46,158 nucleotides of DNA from a bacterium (GTDB lineage Bacteria; JAMOTN01), in contig JAMOTN010000018.1 of NCBI GenBank assembly GCA_027062325.1, forward strand, positions 1-46,158, read 5' to 3'. Every line of letters begins with the position of its first letter. The stretch's first letter is position 1. This document shows, piece after piece, positions 29,936-42,457 of this stretch. Under the pieces are notes generated by a model. That model worked only from the letters and a program-made list of their open reading frames with translations, did no database searches and had not been told where the DNA came from. Made by a program: the position numbers and the translations under genes.

Positions 29936-31231
29936 GTGAGATTTTTTATCACTTTATTTTTTTTCTTTTTTCTGCTCATTACACCTTTAGTGCAAGCTGA
30001 AAAACAAACTTCCCTAGAAAAGGTATTATCACGCTTTTCTAAAACTCGCCTTGAATCTTTAGCTGCACTATACGAAAGAAAAAACATGCTCAAGGAAGCT
30101 GCATACTCCTACAAAATTCTTGCAGATAGAGAAAAAATATTTAAAAGAAGAGTTGAGTTTATCCAAAAGGCCGCTTACTACTTTGAAAAAGCTGGTTTAG
30201 AAAAGGAAGCCATAGCCATATATAGAAAAATTGCAGACTATATGATAGGTTCAACCAATCTTCAAGCTCTTGCTTGCTTTAAAGTTGGAGAATACTACTA
30301 CAAGCACCGTAAATGGAAGACTGCAGCAAAGTATCTCAGCTACGTTGTAAACCTATATCAAGATAAGCGTTTTCTCGATAAAGCACTTCCCATGTTTCAA
30401 AGAGCTCAGAAAAAATCCAGATCAGGATTCCTTGCAGGTCTGGACTACTCTATTGAGAAAAACATTGGCCAAATAACCAAAGCTGCTGTTGAAGCCCAGT
30501 ATAAAGTTTTAACAAACAAGGAAGATACACAAAAGTTGAAAAGGGTGACTAAGCGTTTAGTAAAAGTGGCACCACGTTGGGATGTCAAATGGTCCTTTAA
30601 CATAATAAAAGCTGACTTTTGGAATGCCTTTGCAGTGCCAGGTGGTTACATATATGTTACAAATTCACTTTACAACACTGTAACTGAAGATGAATTAGCA
30701 GGAGTGCTCGGTCACGAAATTGGCCACGTTGTATGCAGACATTCTCAAAAGAGACTTCGTCGAATTCTTCTCTGGAATATTGCTATGAATCAAATTAATT
30801 CAAAAGACACAAAAACCCTCCTTACCATAGCTGCTGCTCTAAAGGATCTTTCATACTCCCGTCAAAACGAATACGAAGCAGATCGCTACGGTGTAATTCT
30901 TGCTGCCAGAGCCGGTTACAGCCCCTGGGGTCTTCCATATTTTTTGAAGAGAATAAAGGAAAAGTATGAGAAAAATCGTCCTTCTCACTTAGCCTCGCTT
31001 CTGCGCACTCACCCCATCACTGAAAATAGGATAAAGAGGGCAACAACTCTTGCCAAAAGGCTCGTTGAACAAAATCCAACTCGCTACAAATTTCACTCAT
31101 TTGAGGAATACTGCAAATACATGGACGAATTATACAAACAGGAAGAAAAACAAAAACAAGAGAAGAAGCATCAAAATCAGCAAGAAAAGTCAAATTCCTG
31201 TAAAAAAAGCGAGCAAAATCAACAATCTTAA
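29936..31231 (+). CDS. Exported TPR plus M48-family zinc metallopeptidase
   Basis: NAFAVPGG, LGHEIGH (HExxH), YSRQNEYEAD, THP...R; signal peptide. Confidence 0.9.
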   Translation: MRFFITLFFFFFLLITPLVQAEKQTSLEKVLSRFSKTRLESLAALYERKNMLKEAAYSYKILADREKIFKRRVEFIQKAAYYFEKAGLEKEAIAIYRKIADYMIGSTNLQALACFKVGEYYYKHRKWKTAAKYLSYVVNLYQDKRFLDKALPMFQRAQKKSRSGFLAGLDYSIEKNIGQITKAAVEAQYKVLTNKEDTQKLKRVTKRLVKVAPRWDVKWSFNIIKADFWNAFAVPGGYIYVTNSLYNTVTEDELAGVLGHEIGHVVCRHSQKRLRRILLWNIAMNQINSKDTKTLLTIAAALKDLSYSRQNEYEADRYGVILAARAGYSPWGLPYFLKRIKEKYEKNRPSHLASLLRTHPITENRIKRATTLAKRLVEQNPTRYKFHSFEEYCKYMDELYKQEEKQKQEKKHQNQQEKSNSCKKSEQNQQS

Positions 31232-31278
31232 ATAGTTTTCTGAAACACTTTATATCTATTTTTAAGGAGTTGAATTCA

Positions 31279-32547
31279 ATGCCAAGAAAAACTCTCTTTG
31301 CCCTGTCAATGCTAATTCTCATCACTACAACATCTACTTCTTTTCTTTCATCATCATACATACTAATTCCAATGGACTTCACACAAACTAACCACTTAAA
31401 AGCTTATGGCGTAGCCTACAAAGCAGTTCAAGAAGGTTTAGAGGTTTACTGGCTACTTTACTACAGAGGCGGCTCCTTTGTCATAACCTACACAAATTCC
31501 ATAGCCTCATGGGCTGCTTCAAGAGGTGTTTTATTTGAAAAGATAACAGCTTCTCAATTTGCTCGGATCCAATCCTCATTTTCAAGCAAAAATATGGCTG
31601 CTATCCGCATAGTAAAGGCTCCAAAGCTTGCCGTTCTCGTAGCTCCATATTATGAACCCTGGGATGATGCAGTCAAACAAGTGTTAGAGTATGCAGAAAT
31701 TCCATTTGACAAGATTTGGTATTCAGATCTATTTACAGACAAAATTTTCAAGTACGACTGGCTATACCTCCACCACGAGGATTTTACAGGACAATTTGGA
31801 AGATTTTACATAAGCTTTGCCAATACAATATGGTATCAAGACCGCGTAAAAAAACTTACTGAGCTTGCCCAACGTCTTCACTTCAAAAGCGTTGCTCAAA
31901 TGCTGGCAGTTGCAGCCTCGCGTATTCGTGAATTTATAAAAAGAGGCGGTTTTCTTTTCGCCATGTGTTCAGCAACAGACACTCTTGATATTGCCCTTGC
32001 AACGGATAATGGAAAGATCGATATTGTTCCTGCTGTCGTCGACAGAACACCAATTGATCCAGATTGGCGCACTAAACTTGATTATTCACGCTGCCTTGCT
32101 TTTCAAAACTTTAAAATAGTTACTGATCCAAACATTTACGAATTCTCCGACATAGACTACTTTCACCCACGCACACTTATACCACAAGGATATTTTGATC
32201 TTTACGAATTTAGTGCCAAGTATGATAGAATTCCATCAATTCTCGTTCAGTGCCATGTAAACAGAATACCACAATTTTTGGGACAAACAACAGATTTTAA
32301 TCCAAAACTTATAAAGCCAAACATAGTAGTTCTAGCAAAAACAGATAGAGGAGCCGTTAAATATTTATACGGCACACTTGGCTCAGGGAGCTTCACCATG
32401 TTGGGTGGCCACGACCCTGAGGATTATGCACATATAGTAGGTGAAAAAGCCCCAAATATGGATACCCTCAGAAACTCCCCAGGATACAGGCTGATTTTGA
32501 ACAACGTCCTGCTTCCTGCTGTGAAGAAAGTAAAGAGAAAAACTTAG
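31279..32547 (+). CDS. Conserved exported protein with a class I GATase-like core (family often auto-labelled 'asparagine synthetase B')
   Basis: ILIPMD..QTNHLKAYG, YDWLYLHHEDFTGQ.G.FY, GGFLFAMCSATDT, GGHDPEDY.H.VG, NSPGYRLILNNVL. Start at ATG 31279 behind AAGGAG. Confidence 0.7.
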   Translation: MPRKTLFALSMLILITTTSTSFLSSSYILIPMDFTQTNHLKAYGVAYKAVQEGLEVYWLLYYRGGSFVITYTNSIASWAASRGVLFEKITASQFARIQSSFSSKNMAAIRIVKAPKLAVLVAPYYEPWDDAVKQVLEYAEIPFDKIWYSDLFTDKIFKYDWLYLHHEDFTGQFGRFYISFANTIWYQDRVKKLTELAQRLHFKSVAQMLAVAASRIREFIKRGGFLFAMCSATDTLDIALATDNGKIDIVPAVVDRTPIDPDWRTKLDYSRCLAFQNFKIVTDPNIYEFSDIDYFHPRTLIPQGYFDLYEFSAKYDRIPSILVQCHVNRIPQFLGQTTDFNPKLIKPNIVVLAKTDRGAVKYLYGTLGSGSFTMLGGHDPEDYAHIVGEKAPNMDTLRNSPGYRLILNNVLLPAVKKVKRKT

Positions 32548-32621
32548 AACTTTAACTTTTGGTACTTATTATACTTACCATACTTACCGCTCACAATTAC
32601 TTACAATTTTCCAAACTTACA

Positions 32622-33656
32622 TTACCACTCTCTTACAACTCTCCTTTTTGTGCGTCCTTTCATACGCCTTAGCTGATGCTCCATAGCTTTAACTTCGTTT
32701 AAAAGCTCCCTCACCATAGGATCATCTCTTCCCATAACGTCCATCATATCCTGTAGCATTTCTTTTTTCGCCCTTAGCATCTCCTCAAGCATCTGAATGT
32801 AAGCTCTGTTAACCCCCGTATTTTGCTCTTCTTGGGGTTGCAATCCTATTCTTCTTTTAAACTCCCTATCTTCCACATTACTCCCATTCTTCTCCTCATT
32901 TCTATCTAATTTTTTGGGCTTTTGAGTTTGCGTAGATTTCGATCCCTCACCTGAAGAAGAAGTCGGCTTCTTAGAACTAGAAGTACTCTTTTTATTAGAT
33001 TGCTTCTTATTTTGAAAGCTTTTCCCATTTTGGTGATTTTTCTTACTTTTTTCACCCTGAGACTTACCCTGGTTAGATTTGTTCTTGTCCTTACTATTTT
33101 TTCTACTATTCAATGAATTACTATTTTGATTATTTCTCCGATTTTTCCGATTTTTTTCATCTTTCTTTTCTTTTCTCCGATCCTCCTTTTGTTTTTTCAA
33201 TTCAAGCTTTGCTATTTTTTCAAGCAAATCTGTATTTTTTTCCAACTCTCTCTTTTTCCTTTGCCACTCATCGTAATCCGAAAAAAGAGGAATTTTAAGA
33301 TAGGGATATTTAAGTCCTTTTAGTTCATTTTTTAAATTTTTCGTCCCTTTCAAAACCTCTTGATAATTTGACAACTTAAATTGAGAATAAAGATAATTGT
33401 AAAGCAACATCAATCTCTCAAGCTCATGCTTCGGTGATCTGAATACTCGCATCTCATACAAGCGCTTAAATTCCTCCGCAGCCCTCTTGTAATCTCCACT
33501 TTGCAAATCTTTCTCAGCTAACCTCAAGGCATCTCTAACATCTGAATTCAATACACTAACCGAAGCATTTGCCCCATTAAACGAAGAGGGCGCAGACAAA
33601 GTCTGCACCCCCATTAATTGCAGCATAAATACCAAAACCAACAGTATCACTTTCAC
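32622..33656 (-). CDS. Exported TPR-like protein with a long K/N/S/Q low-complexity linker (BatC-like architecture)
   Basis: Signal peptide, TPR-like helices, hydrophilic low-complexity stretch, C-terminal 'REW'. Start approximate. Confidence 0.55.
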   Translation of the reverse strand: MKVILLVLVFMLQLMGVQTLSAPSSFNGANASVSVLNSDVRDALRLAEKDLQSGDYKRAAEEFKRLYEMRVFRSPKHELERLMLLYNYLYSQFKLSNYQEVLKGTKNLKNELKGLKYPYLKIPLFSDYDEWQRKKRELEKNTDLLEKIAKLELKKQKEDRRKEKKDEKNRKNRRNNQNSNSLNSRKNSKDKNKSNQGKSQGEKSKKNHQNGKSFQNKKQSNKKSTSSSKKPTSSSGEGSKSTQTQKPKKLDRNEEKNGSNVEDREFKRRIGLQPQEEQNTGVNRAYIQMLEEMLRAKKEMLQDMMDVMGRDDPMVRELLNEVKAMEHQLRRMKGRTKRRVVREW

Positions 33657-33672
33657 CTCAATCCCCCTAAAC

Positions 33673-33999
33673 CTAATTTTCCTCCAACCAACTCCTTGCA
33701 ATAGGTTGCAACTCCTTACTCAAACTATCAATTGCCTTTTCAAACCCTTCCTTATTAAGGTAATCTGCAACCCACAAATTCAACTCTTTACCATCAAACT
33801 CAAGCAATCCCCCTGTTGTGTAAAAGCCACTTTTCTTTCCAGAAAACTCATACCCAACATAACAAGGAAGTATATCCGATACAAATGGTGCATGCCCTTC
33901 TATTATCTCAAATTTACCCACACTTGAAGCCGCTTCAAACTTACTCACCTCAACCTCTACATGCACACCATCTTTACTAAACACTCTCAAAAGCATCAT
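33673..33999 (-). CDS. atpC: F1 ATP synthase epsilon subunit (short form)
   Basis: G.F.I..GHAPFV and GGLLE motifs; follows atpD. Confidence 0.85.
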   Translation of the reverse strand: MMLLRVFSKDGVHVEVEVSKFEAASSVGKFEIIEGHAPFVSDILPCYVGYEFSGKKSGFYTTGGLLEFDGKELNLWVADYLNKEGFEKAIDSLSKELQPIARSWLEEN

Positions 34000-34031
34000 T
34001 TTCACCTCTTAACCCGGCAAATTCACTATCA

Positions 34032-36357
<2,326 letters not shown>

Positions 36358-36378
36358 AATTTCTCACCCCTCAAAAAG

Positions 36379-36410
36379 TTGTCCAATTCTGTCCAACTTT
36401 GTCCAATAAT
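36379..36410. repeat. Three tandem 10-bp GTCCAA-core repeats between atpA and atpG
   Basis: GTCCAATTCT GTCCAACTTT GTCCAATAAT at 36381-36410. Confidence 0.8.
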
Positions 36411-36416
36411 TTTAGT

Positions 36417-37955
36417 TTACTTCTCTTCAGCGGCTTCAAGTGCATGTCTCTTTTTAAACTCCTCTTTGAACTCTTCTATAGCCTTCTGCAACTTTTCTTC
36501 AGTTTTTTCAGATAACTCTCCTGTCTTTACTATTTCATCCAAAACATCACGCCTACTATCATCCATCCACTTCAAGAACTCTTTCTCAAACGTACGTATA
36601 AGCTCAACTGGAATATCATCCGTATATCCACGGCTCACAGCATAAATTATTGCAACTTGCTTTTCAACATCCATTGGCTCATATTGATCCTGTTTTAACA
36701 TCTCCATTATGCGACGTCCTCTTTCAAGCTGCTTTTTCGTAGCCTCATCAAGATCAGATCCAAACTGAGCAAACGCCTCAAGCTCTCTGTACTGAGCAAG
36801 TTCAAGACGAAGCATACCCGCAACTTTCTTCATCGCCTTAATTTGAGCATTTCCACCAACACGAGAGACTGACAAACCTGCATTCATTGCAGGTCTAAAA
36901 CCAGCATAGAATAAATCAGCTTCCAAGTAGATTTGTCCGTCTGTAATTGATATAACATTTGTAGGAATGTAAGCAGATATATCACCTGCCTGAGTTTCTA
37001 TTATTGGCAAAGCTGTAAGTGACCCGCCTCCAAGCTTATCAGAAAGCTTTGCTGCTCTCTCCAATAAACGGGAGTGGAGGTAGAAGACATCTCCAGGATA
37101 CGCCTCACGACCCGGGGGACGACGCAAAAGAAGTGACATCTCACGGTAAGCAACCGCATGTTTGGAAAGGTCATCGTATATAACGAGTGCATGCTTTCCA
37201 TTTTCCATAAATTCTTCTCCTATAGCACATCCCGCGTATGGGGCGATGTACTGCAAAGGAGCTGGTTCTGACGCAGTTGCAGCAACTACTATAGTGTAAT
37301 CCATTGCTCCATATTCACGGAGTCTGTGGACAACCTGAGCTACAGTAGAAGCTTTTTGACCAATAGCAACATAGATACATATAACATTTTTTCCTTTTTG
37401 GTTGATTATAGTATCTATGGCAATTGCAGTCTTTCCTGTGGATCTGTCACCTATTATCAACTCACGTTGTCCTCTTCCTATTGGAGTCATAGCATCTATA
37501 CATTTTATCCCCGTCTGAAGTGGCTCTTTAACTGGCTGTCTATAAATGACACCAGGAGCCTTTCTCTCAACTGGTCGTGTCTTTTTTGCCTTTATTGGAC
37601 CTTTACCATCAAGCGGTATTCCCAAAGGATTTACCACGCGTCCTATAAGTTCTTCTCCAACAGGAACTTCAAGAATCCTACCGGTTCTTTTAACAAGCTG
37701 CCCTTCTTTTACCTTATCAGTATGCCCAAATATAACCGCACCGACGTTATCTTCCTCCAAGTTAAGTGCAAGGCCAACAACCCCTTCTCCAAAATCCAGC
37801 ATTTCCATTGCCATGACATTTTCAAGTCCATATATACGGGCAATTCCATCTCCAACCCATATAACAACTCCCTCTTCCCTATAATCTATATCTAATTTCA
37901 CCGCCCTGGCATAATCTGCTATGACGCTAGTTACCTCTTCTGGCCTTATTGCCAT
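36417..37955 (-). CDS. atpA: F1 ATP synthase alpha subunit
   Basis: [30 protein letters not shown]. Confidence 0.99.
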   Translation of the reverse strand: MAIRPEEVTSVIADYARAVKLDIDYREEGVVIWVGDGIARIYGLENVMAMEMLDFGEGVVGLALNLEEDNVGAVIFGHTDKVKEGQLVKRTGRILEVPVGEELIGRVVNPLGIPLDGKGPIKAKKTRPVERKAPGVIYRQPVKEPLQTGIKCIDAMTPIGRGQRELIIGDRSTGKTAIAIDTIINQKGKNVICIYVAIGQKASTVAQVVHRLREYGAMDYTIVVAATASEPAPLQYIAPYAGCAIGEEFMENGKHALVIYDDLSKHAVAYREMSLLLRRPPGREAYPGDVFYLHSRLLERAAKLSDKLGGGSLTALPIIETQAGDISAYIPTNVISITDGQIYLEADLFYAGFRPAMNAGLSVSRVGGNAQIKAMKKVAGMLRLELAQYRELEAFAQFGSDLDEATKKQLERGRRIMEMLKQDQYEPMDVEKQVAIIYAVSRGYTDDIPVELIRTFEKEFLKWMDDSRRDVLDEIVKTGELSEKTEEKLQKAIEEFKEEFKKRHALEAAEEK

Positions 37956-37988
37956 AACAATCTACCTCCCCAAGTTTATTTTTATACA

Positions 37989-38552
37989 TTATTCACTTAC
38001 CACTCGATTAACAAACTCATTCAACACTGCATTAACGCTCATCTCCCAAACTTTATCTTCACATCTCACACGTAAACCCGCTATAAGTTCAGGATTAACT
38101 TTCACATTCATGCTAACTCTTTTAGCAAAAAACTTCTCCAATGACTTCTTCAGAAAATCTAAAAGTTCTTTAGGTGTCTCCATAGCAACCTCCACATCAA
38201 CCTCAACTACTCCCTCTTTTCTATTTTTCAACTTTCGAAAAATCATCATAACACGCTCTATTAAATCCAATCTATTCTTCTTAATCATAAAAGAGATTAC
38301 TCGAGTCAAAACTTCAGGTACATCGTTTTGGGAAGCTATTTTTTCCCAAATACCAACTTTTATCCACCACGGAAGCACAGGATTGGCAAAGAAATTTTTC
38401 ATATTATCATCTTTTAAAAATTCAACCACAGCCATCAAACCCTTCTCTATCCTTTCCAAATCCTTACTCATTGCCATAACTCTGGCATACCTTTCTGCAA
38501 CCACCCAGCTTCCCACTTTAAACATAGCTATCCTCTCCTTAGCTTTGCTCAC
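37989..38552 (-). CDS. atpH: F1 ATP synthase delta subunit
   Basis: VAERYA, FFANP, VNPELIAG; lies between atpF and atpA. Confidence 0.9.
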   Translation of the reverse strand: MSKAKERIAMFKVGSWVVAERYARVMAMSKDLERIEKGLMAVVEFLKDDNMKNFFANPVLPWWIKVGIWEKIASQNDVPEVLTRVISFMIKKNRLDLIERVMMIFRKLKNRKEGVVEVDVEVAMETPKELLDFLKKSLEKFFAKRVSMNVKVNPELIAGLRVRCEDKVWEMSVNAVLNEFVNRVVSE

Positions 38553-38561
38553 ATTATCAAA

Positions 38562-39137
38562 TTATCCTTTCTTCTCCATTCTCTTTATAAACTTTTTGAC
38601 TATATCCTCGTGCAACTTAGCATTGACCTCTCTCGCCAAAATCTGACGCGCAACATCAAAAGCAATTTTAACAGCCTCAAGACGAACAGTCTTTACCATC
38701 TCATCCTTCATCTTATTCATCATTGCATAAACTTCATCGGTCATACTCTTAGCCTGCTCGTAAGCTGCCTTAACTATCTCCTCTTTCATTTCCTCTGCCT
38801 CTTTCCTTGCCTCTTTAAACATTCTATCTCTCTCTTGCTTAAACGCCTCTAGTTCTTTCTGCCACTTTTCCCTAAGTTCAACAGCTTCCTTTCTTGCCTT
38901 CTCTGCCTCTTCAAGACTCTTTTTTATAGAATTGTGCCTCTCATCCAATGCTTTAATCAAGGGATTGTAAAGGAGCTTGTAAAGCAGAAAAAGTAGTATT
39001 GCAAAGTTAACCCACTGAAGAATCATCGTAAAGTTCAAATTCACAACCGGTAACGCCTTTTTTTGTACCTCCGCCAGCACTGGGCTAGCTTTAAATAAGA
39101 GGTAGACTCCAAGTGCATATCCTCCTTTAAAATTCAT
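38562..39137 (-). CDS. atpF: Fo ATP synthase b subunit
   Basis: QWVNFAILLFLLYKLLYNPLIKALDER followed by a coiled coil. Confidence 0.95.
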   Translation of the reverse strand: MNFKGGYALGVYLLFKASPVLAEVQKKALPVVNLNFTMILQWVNFAILLFLLYKLLYNPLIKALDERHNSIKKSLEEAEKARKEAVELREKWQKELEAFKQERDRMFKEARKEAEEMKEEIVKAAYEQAKSMTDEVYAMMNKMKDEMVKTVRLEAVKIAFDVARQILAREVNAKLHEDIVKKFIKRMEKKG

Positions 39138-39160
39138 AGTTCACTACCTCCTAAAACTTC

Positions 39161-39186
39161 GTCCAATTTTGTCCAATTTTGTAAAT
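39161..39186. repeat. Tandem 10-bp GTCCAATTTT repeats between atpE and atpF
   Basis: GTCCAATTTT GTCCAATTTT GTAAAT. Confidence 0.8.
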
Positions 39187-39224
39187 TTCAATTTTCTCTT
39201 TCATTTCTCTTTCATCAAATACCT

Positions 39225-39852
<628 letters not shown>

Positions 39853-39878
39853 AACCACCCACTCCTTCTCTTTTTCAA

Positions 39879-40841
39879 CTATACAACATATATCAAAATA
39901 AGTGCTATTACCATTGCATAAACTGCGGTAGATTGAGCCACTGCCTGACCTATTAACATTGTCCTCAATGCCACAGAGTATTTCGAAAATCCGTATCCTG
40001 CAGCTCTAGTTCCTTCCTCTGCTGCAAATCCACAACCGTAGCCAGGACCAATTGCCCCAAACCCCATAGATATTCCAGCTCCCAAATATGCTGCTGTTTT
40101 CACAATCCCCGCATCTTTCACAGAAAACATCAATAACAACGAAACAACAAGCGCAAATATTGACGGAGTCGATGCCGCAGACTGCCCAATCAACATAAAT
40201 GTGATTACTTTGTCTGAAAAAGAAGGTCTCCTAGCAACTGCATCACATGCAGCCGCCGCTCCCATACCTTGACCAACCGAAGAACCGATTGCTCCCATTC
40301 CAACAGAAATCCCAGCAGCTAAATAAGCCATTGCAAGTGATATTGTAGTAGGTTTTGCTATAAACATAAGAAGCAACGAAACAACAAGTGCAAATATTGA
40401 TGGAGTTGATGCCGCAGACTGCCCAATCAACATAAATGTGATTATCTTATCCGAAAAATTAGGAATACGAGCAACAGCCTCACATGCAGAAGCCGCAGCC
40501 ATACCTTGACCTATAGAAGAACCAATTGCTCCCATTCCAATAGATATTCCTGCACTCAAATAAGCAATAGCAACAGGAATAGTTGTAGCTTTAGTAATAA
40601 AAACAAGAAGAATTGCTATGACCAAAGCAAATATTCCACCTGTTTCGGCAACTGCTTGCCCTATTAACATTGTACGAGTTATTATTGGAGCAGCTTCAGG
40701 CCTCATTCTTACTCCTTCCACTGCCTTCCCCGCTGCCTGTCCCTCTCCGATTCCGGGTCCGATTGCTCCAAATCCCATCGCAACCCCAGCACCTATTAAA
40801 CCTATGGCTTCCGCAAGGCCTTTTATAGTCTCCGCAGGCAT
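39879..40841 (-). CDS. atpE: Fo ATP synthase c subunit, four fused hairpins (about 8 TM helices)
   Basis: Four 79-aa repeats, each with a GxGAIG motif and MLIGQ; Glu at the ion-carrying position in repeat 1 only. SD GGAGGTG. Confidence 0.95.
   Translation of the reverse strand: MPAETIKGLAEAIGLIGAGVAMGFGAIGPGIGEGQAAGKAVEGVRMRPEAAPIITRTMLIGQAVAETGGIFALVIAILLVFITKATTIPVAIAYLSAGISIGMGAIGSSIGQGMAAASACEAVARIPNFSDKIITFMLIGQSAASTPSIFALVVSLLLMFIAKPTTISLAMAYLAAGISVGMGAIGSSVGQGMGAAAACDAVARRPSFSDKVITFMLIGQSAASTPSIFALVVSLLLMFSVKDAGIVKTAAYLGAGISMGFGAIGPGYGCGFAAEEGTRAAGYGFSKYSVALRTMLIGQAVAQSTAVYAMVIALILIYVV
40135..40574. repeat. Intragenic 237-bp-period duplication (hairpins 2 and 3 of the large c subunit)
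   Basis: Copies at about 40135-40337 and 40372-40574; a 37-nt identical stretch at 40171-40207 and 40408-40444. Confidence 0.9.
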
Positions 40842-40863
40842 CAAACTACACCTCCAAACTTAC

Positions 40864-41547
40864 TTAATCCTCAACTATAGCAACTGCCAAGTAAACCAAT
40901 GCAAGCATAGCAAAGACAAACGCTTGCACAATTCCGACAAATACTCCGAAGAATCCATTGAGGATTATAGGCAACACCCACTCCTTAACCAAATATCCAA
41001 CAACTATGATAATTATTGAACCTCCAAGGATATTTCCAAACAAACGGAAAGAGTGAGATATAACCTTTGCTATCTCTCCAACTACATTCAATGGCAACAA
41101 AAGCAAGAATGGCTCAGCATAAGATTTAAGGTAGCCCCATAATCCTTTGTAATATATAGCACTACCGTGAACCACAAAGAAAACAAGTAAACCAAGCCCC
41201 AAGGTTGTGTTCAAATCCTGAGTTGGACAAACAGATCCGGGAATTATACCTATAACATTCGAGGTCATTACAAACAAAAATATGGTCATGATAAAACCAA
41301 AGTATTTACGGCCCAATTCTTCTCCAAGAGTATCAAACACTATCCCCCTGAATCCATCTATCAACCAATCGAAAAATAGAGTTATACGAGATACAGGAAC
41401 CAGCTTCGCCCCTTTCCCTGCAAGGTAAGCAAGAATGATGAGAATTGCCATAACAATCCATGTCCAAATGATTGTCATGTAGTTTACCACTATCTCATAA
41501 TTTCCAATTTTGAAGGCCCACGCATAAATCTTTCCTATGTCTCCCAT
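40864..41547 (-). CDS. atpB: Fo ATP synthase a subunit
   Basis: PTQDLNTT, SHSFRLFGNILGG (essential Arg), VQAFVFAML. Confidence 0.97.
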   Translation of the reverse strand: MGDIGKIYAWAFKIGNYEIVVNYMTIIWTWIVMAILIILAYLAGKGAKLVPVSRITLFFDWLIDGFRGIVFDTLGEELGRKYFGFIMTIFLFVMTSNVIGIIPGSVCPTQDLNTTLGLGLLVFFVVHGSAIYYKGLWGYLKSYAEPFLLLLPLNVVGEIAKVISHSFRLFGNILGGSIIIIVVGYLVKEWVLPIILNGFFGVFVGIVQAFVFAMLALVYLAVAIVED

Positions 41548-41639
41548 GAACTTCCCTCCAAATCTTCAGTTAACACTAATATGATCTTAATTAGCATATC
41601 AAAATTTTTAAATCAAAGTAAAGTTGTGTGATAAGAACT

Positions 41640-42365
41640 TCAAAACGTTTCTGCTAATCCTTTTATCAATAAAATAGCAGCTAAAATAACAATTATTACA
41701 TCCATAATTTTTGAAAACTTTTCAGCTGATACTTTACCTGCTATACCAGTTCCAACTAATCCACCTAAGAAAGCCATTGTCCAAAACAGCAGCAATTTTT
41801 TAAACAACCCTGTCCATTCAATCGGCAAATATGCCGCGTAATAAACAGAAGATGCACAACTTCCAACAAAAACAGCAACCGAAGCAAATGAGGTAGCGAG
41901 TTTGATATCAAATCCAAAAAAAGCTAAAAACGGAACATATAAAATCCCACCCGTTATTCCCGCACACGCAACCCAGAATGCAACCATAAATATTGCAATG
42001 TAGAGCAAAAAGTTATTTACACCCTTAAAGGAAATCTCAAAAAAACGACGTGCAACAACCACTAAAAGTGCTGTCAAGCCCGTTATAACATTTACAATAG
42101 CTACTGGAAGCCTGATTGCCAACAACACCCCCAACTTAGAAGCAACAACCACTAAAAGCGCTATTATTAAAGAACGCTTAAAATCTTTTGTAAAGTTTAC
42201 AAAAGCTCTAGGTAAAATTGCCAAAGCAGCGCTGCTCAATCCTAAAACCTTTGAAAATACAGGATCGTGACCTGTTATTATCAACACAGGAACTAAAACT
42301 GTACCAAATCCAACACTGGTAATTGCAAAAGCCACTCCCATTAAAAAAGGGACTAAGTAAAGCAA
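41640..42365 (-). CDS. TauE/SafE family (sulfite exporter-like) membrane protein
   Basis: Two repeats of the G.G.G...VP motif (GFGTVLVP, GITGGILYVP); about 8 TM helices. Confidence 0.75.
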   Translation of the reverse strand: MLYLVPFLMGVAFAITSVGFGTVLVPVLIITGHDPVFSKVLGLSSAALAILPRAFVNFTKDFKRSLIIALLVVVASKLGVLLAIRLPVAIVNVITGLTALLVVVARRFFEISFKGVNNFLLYIAIFMVAFWVACAGITGGILYVPFLAFFGFDIKLATSFASVAVFVGSCASSVYYAAYLPIEWTGLFKKLLLFWTMAFLGGLVGTGIAGKVSAEKFSKIMDVIIVILAAILLIKGLAETF

Positions 42366-42457
42366 ATTAATCTACTCCCCTGTTATTTCTAAACACACAA
42401 CCTCACTTAGCCAACTCACCTTTTTCAAAATCGGACAAACTTAGACAAAATAAAAAG

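Noticed and set aside
36379-36410. CRISPR array from the short intergenic repeats
   Set aside because: 10-bp units with no spacers and no cas genes.
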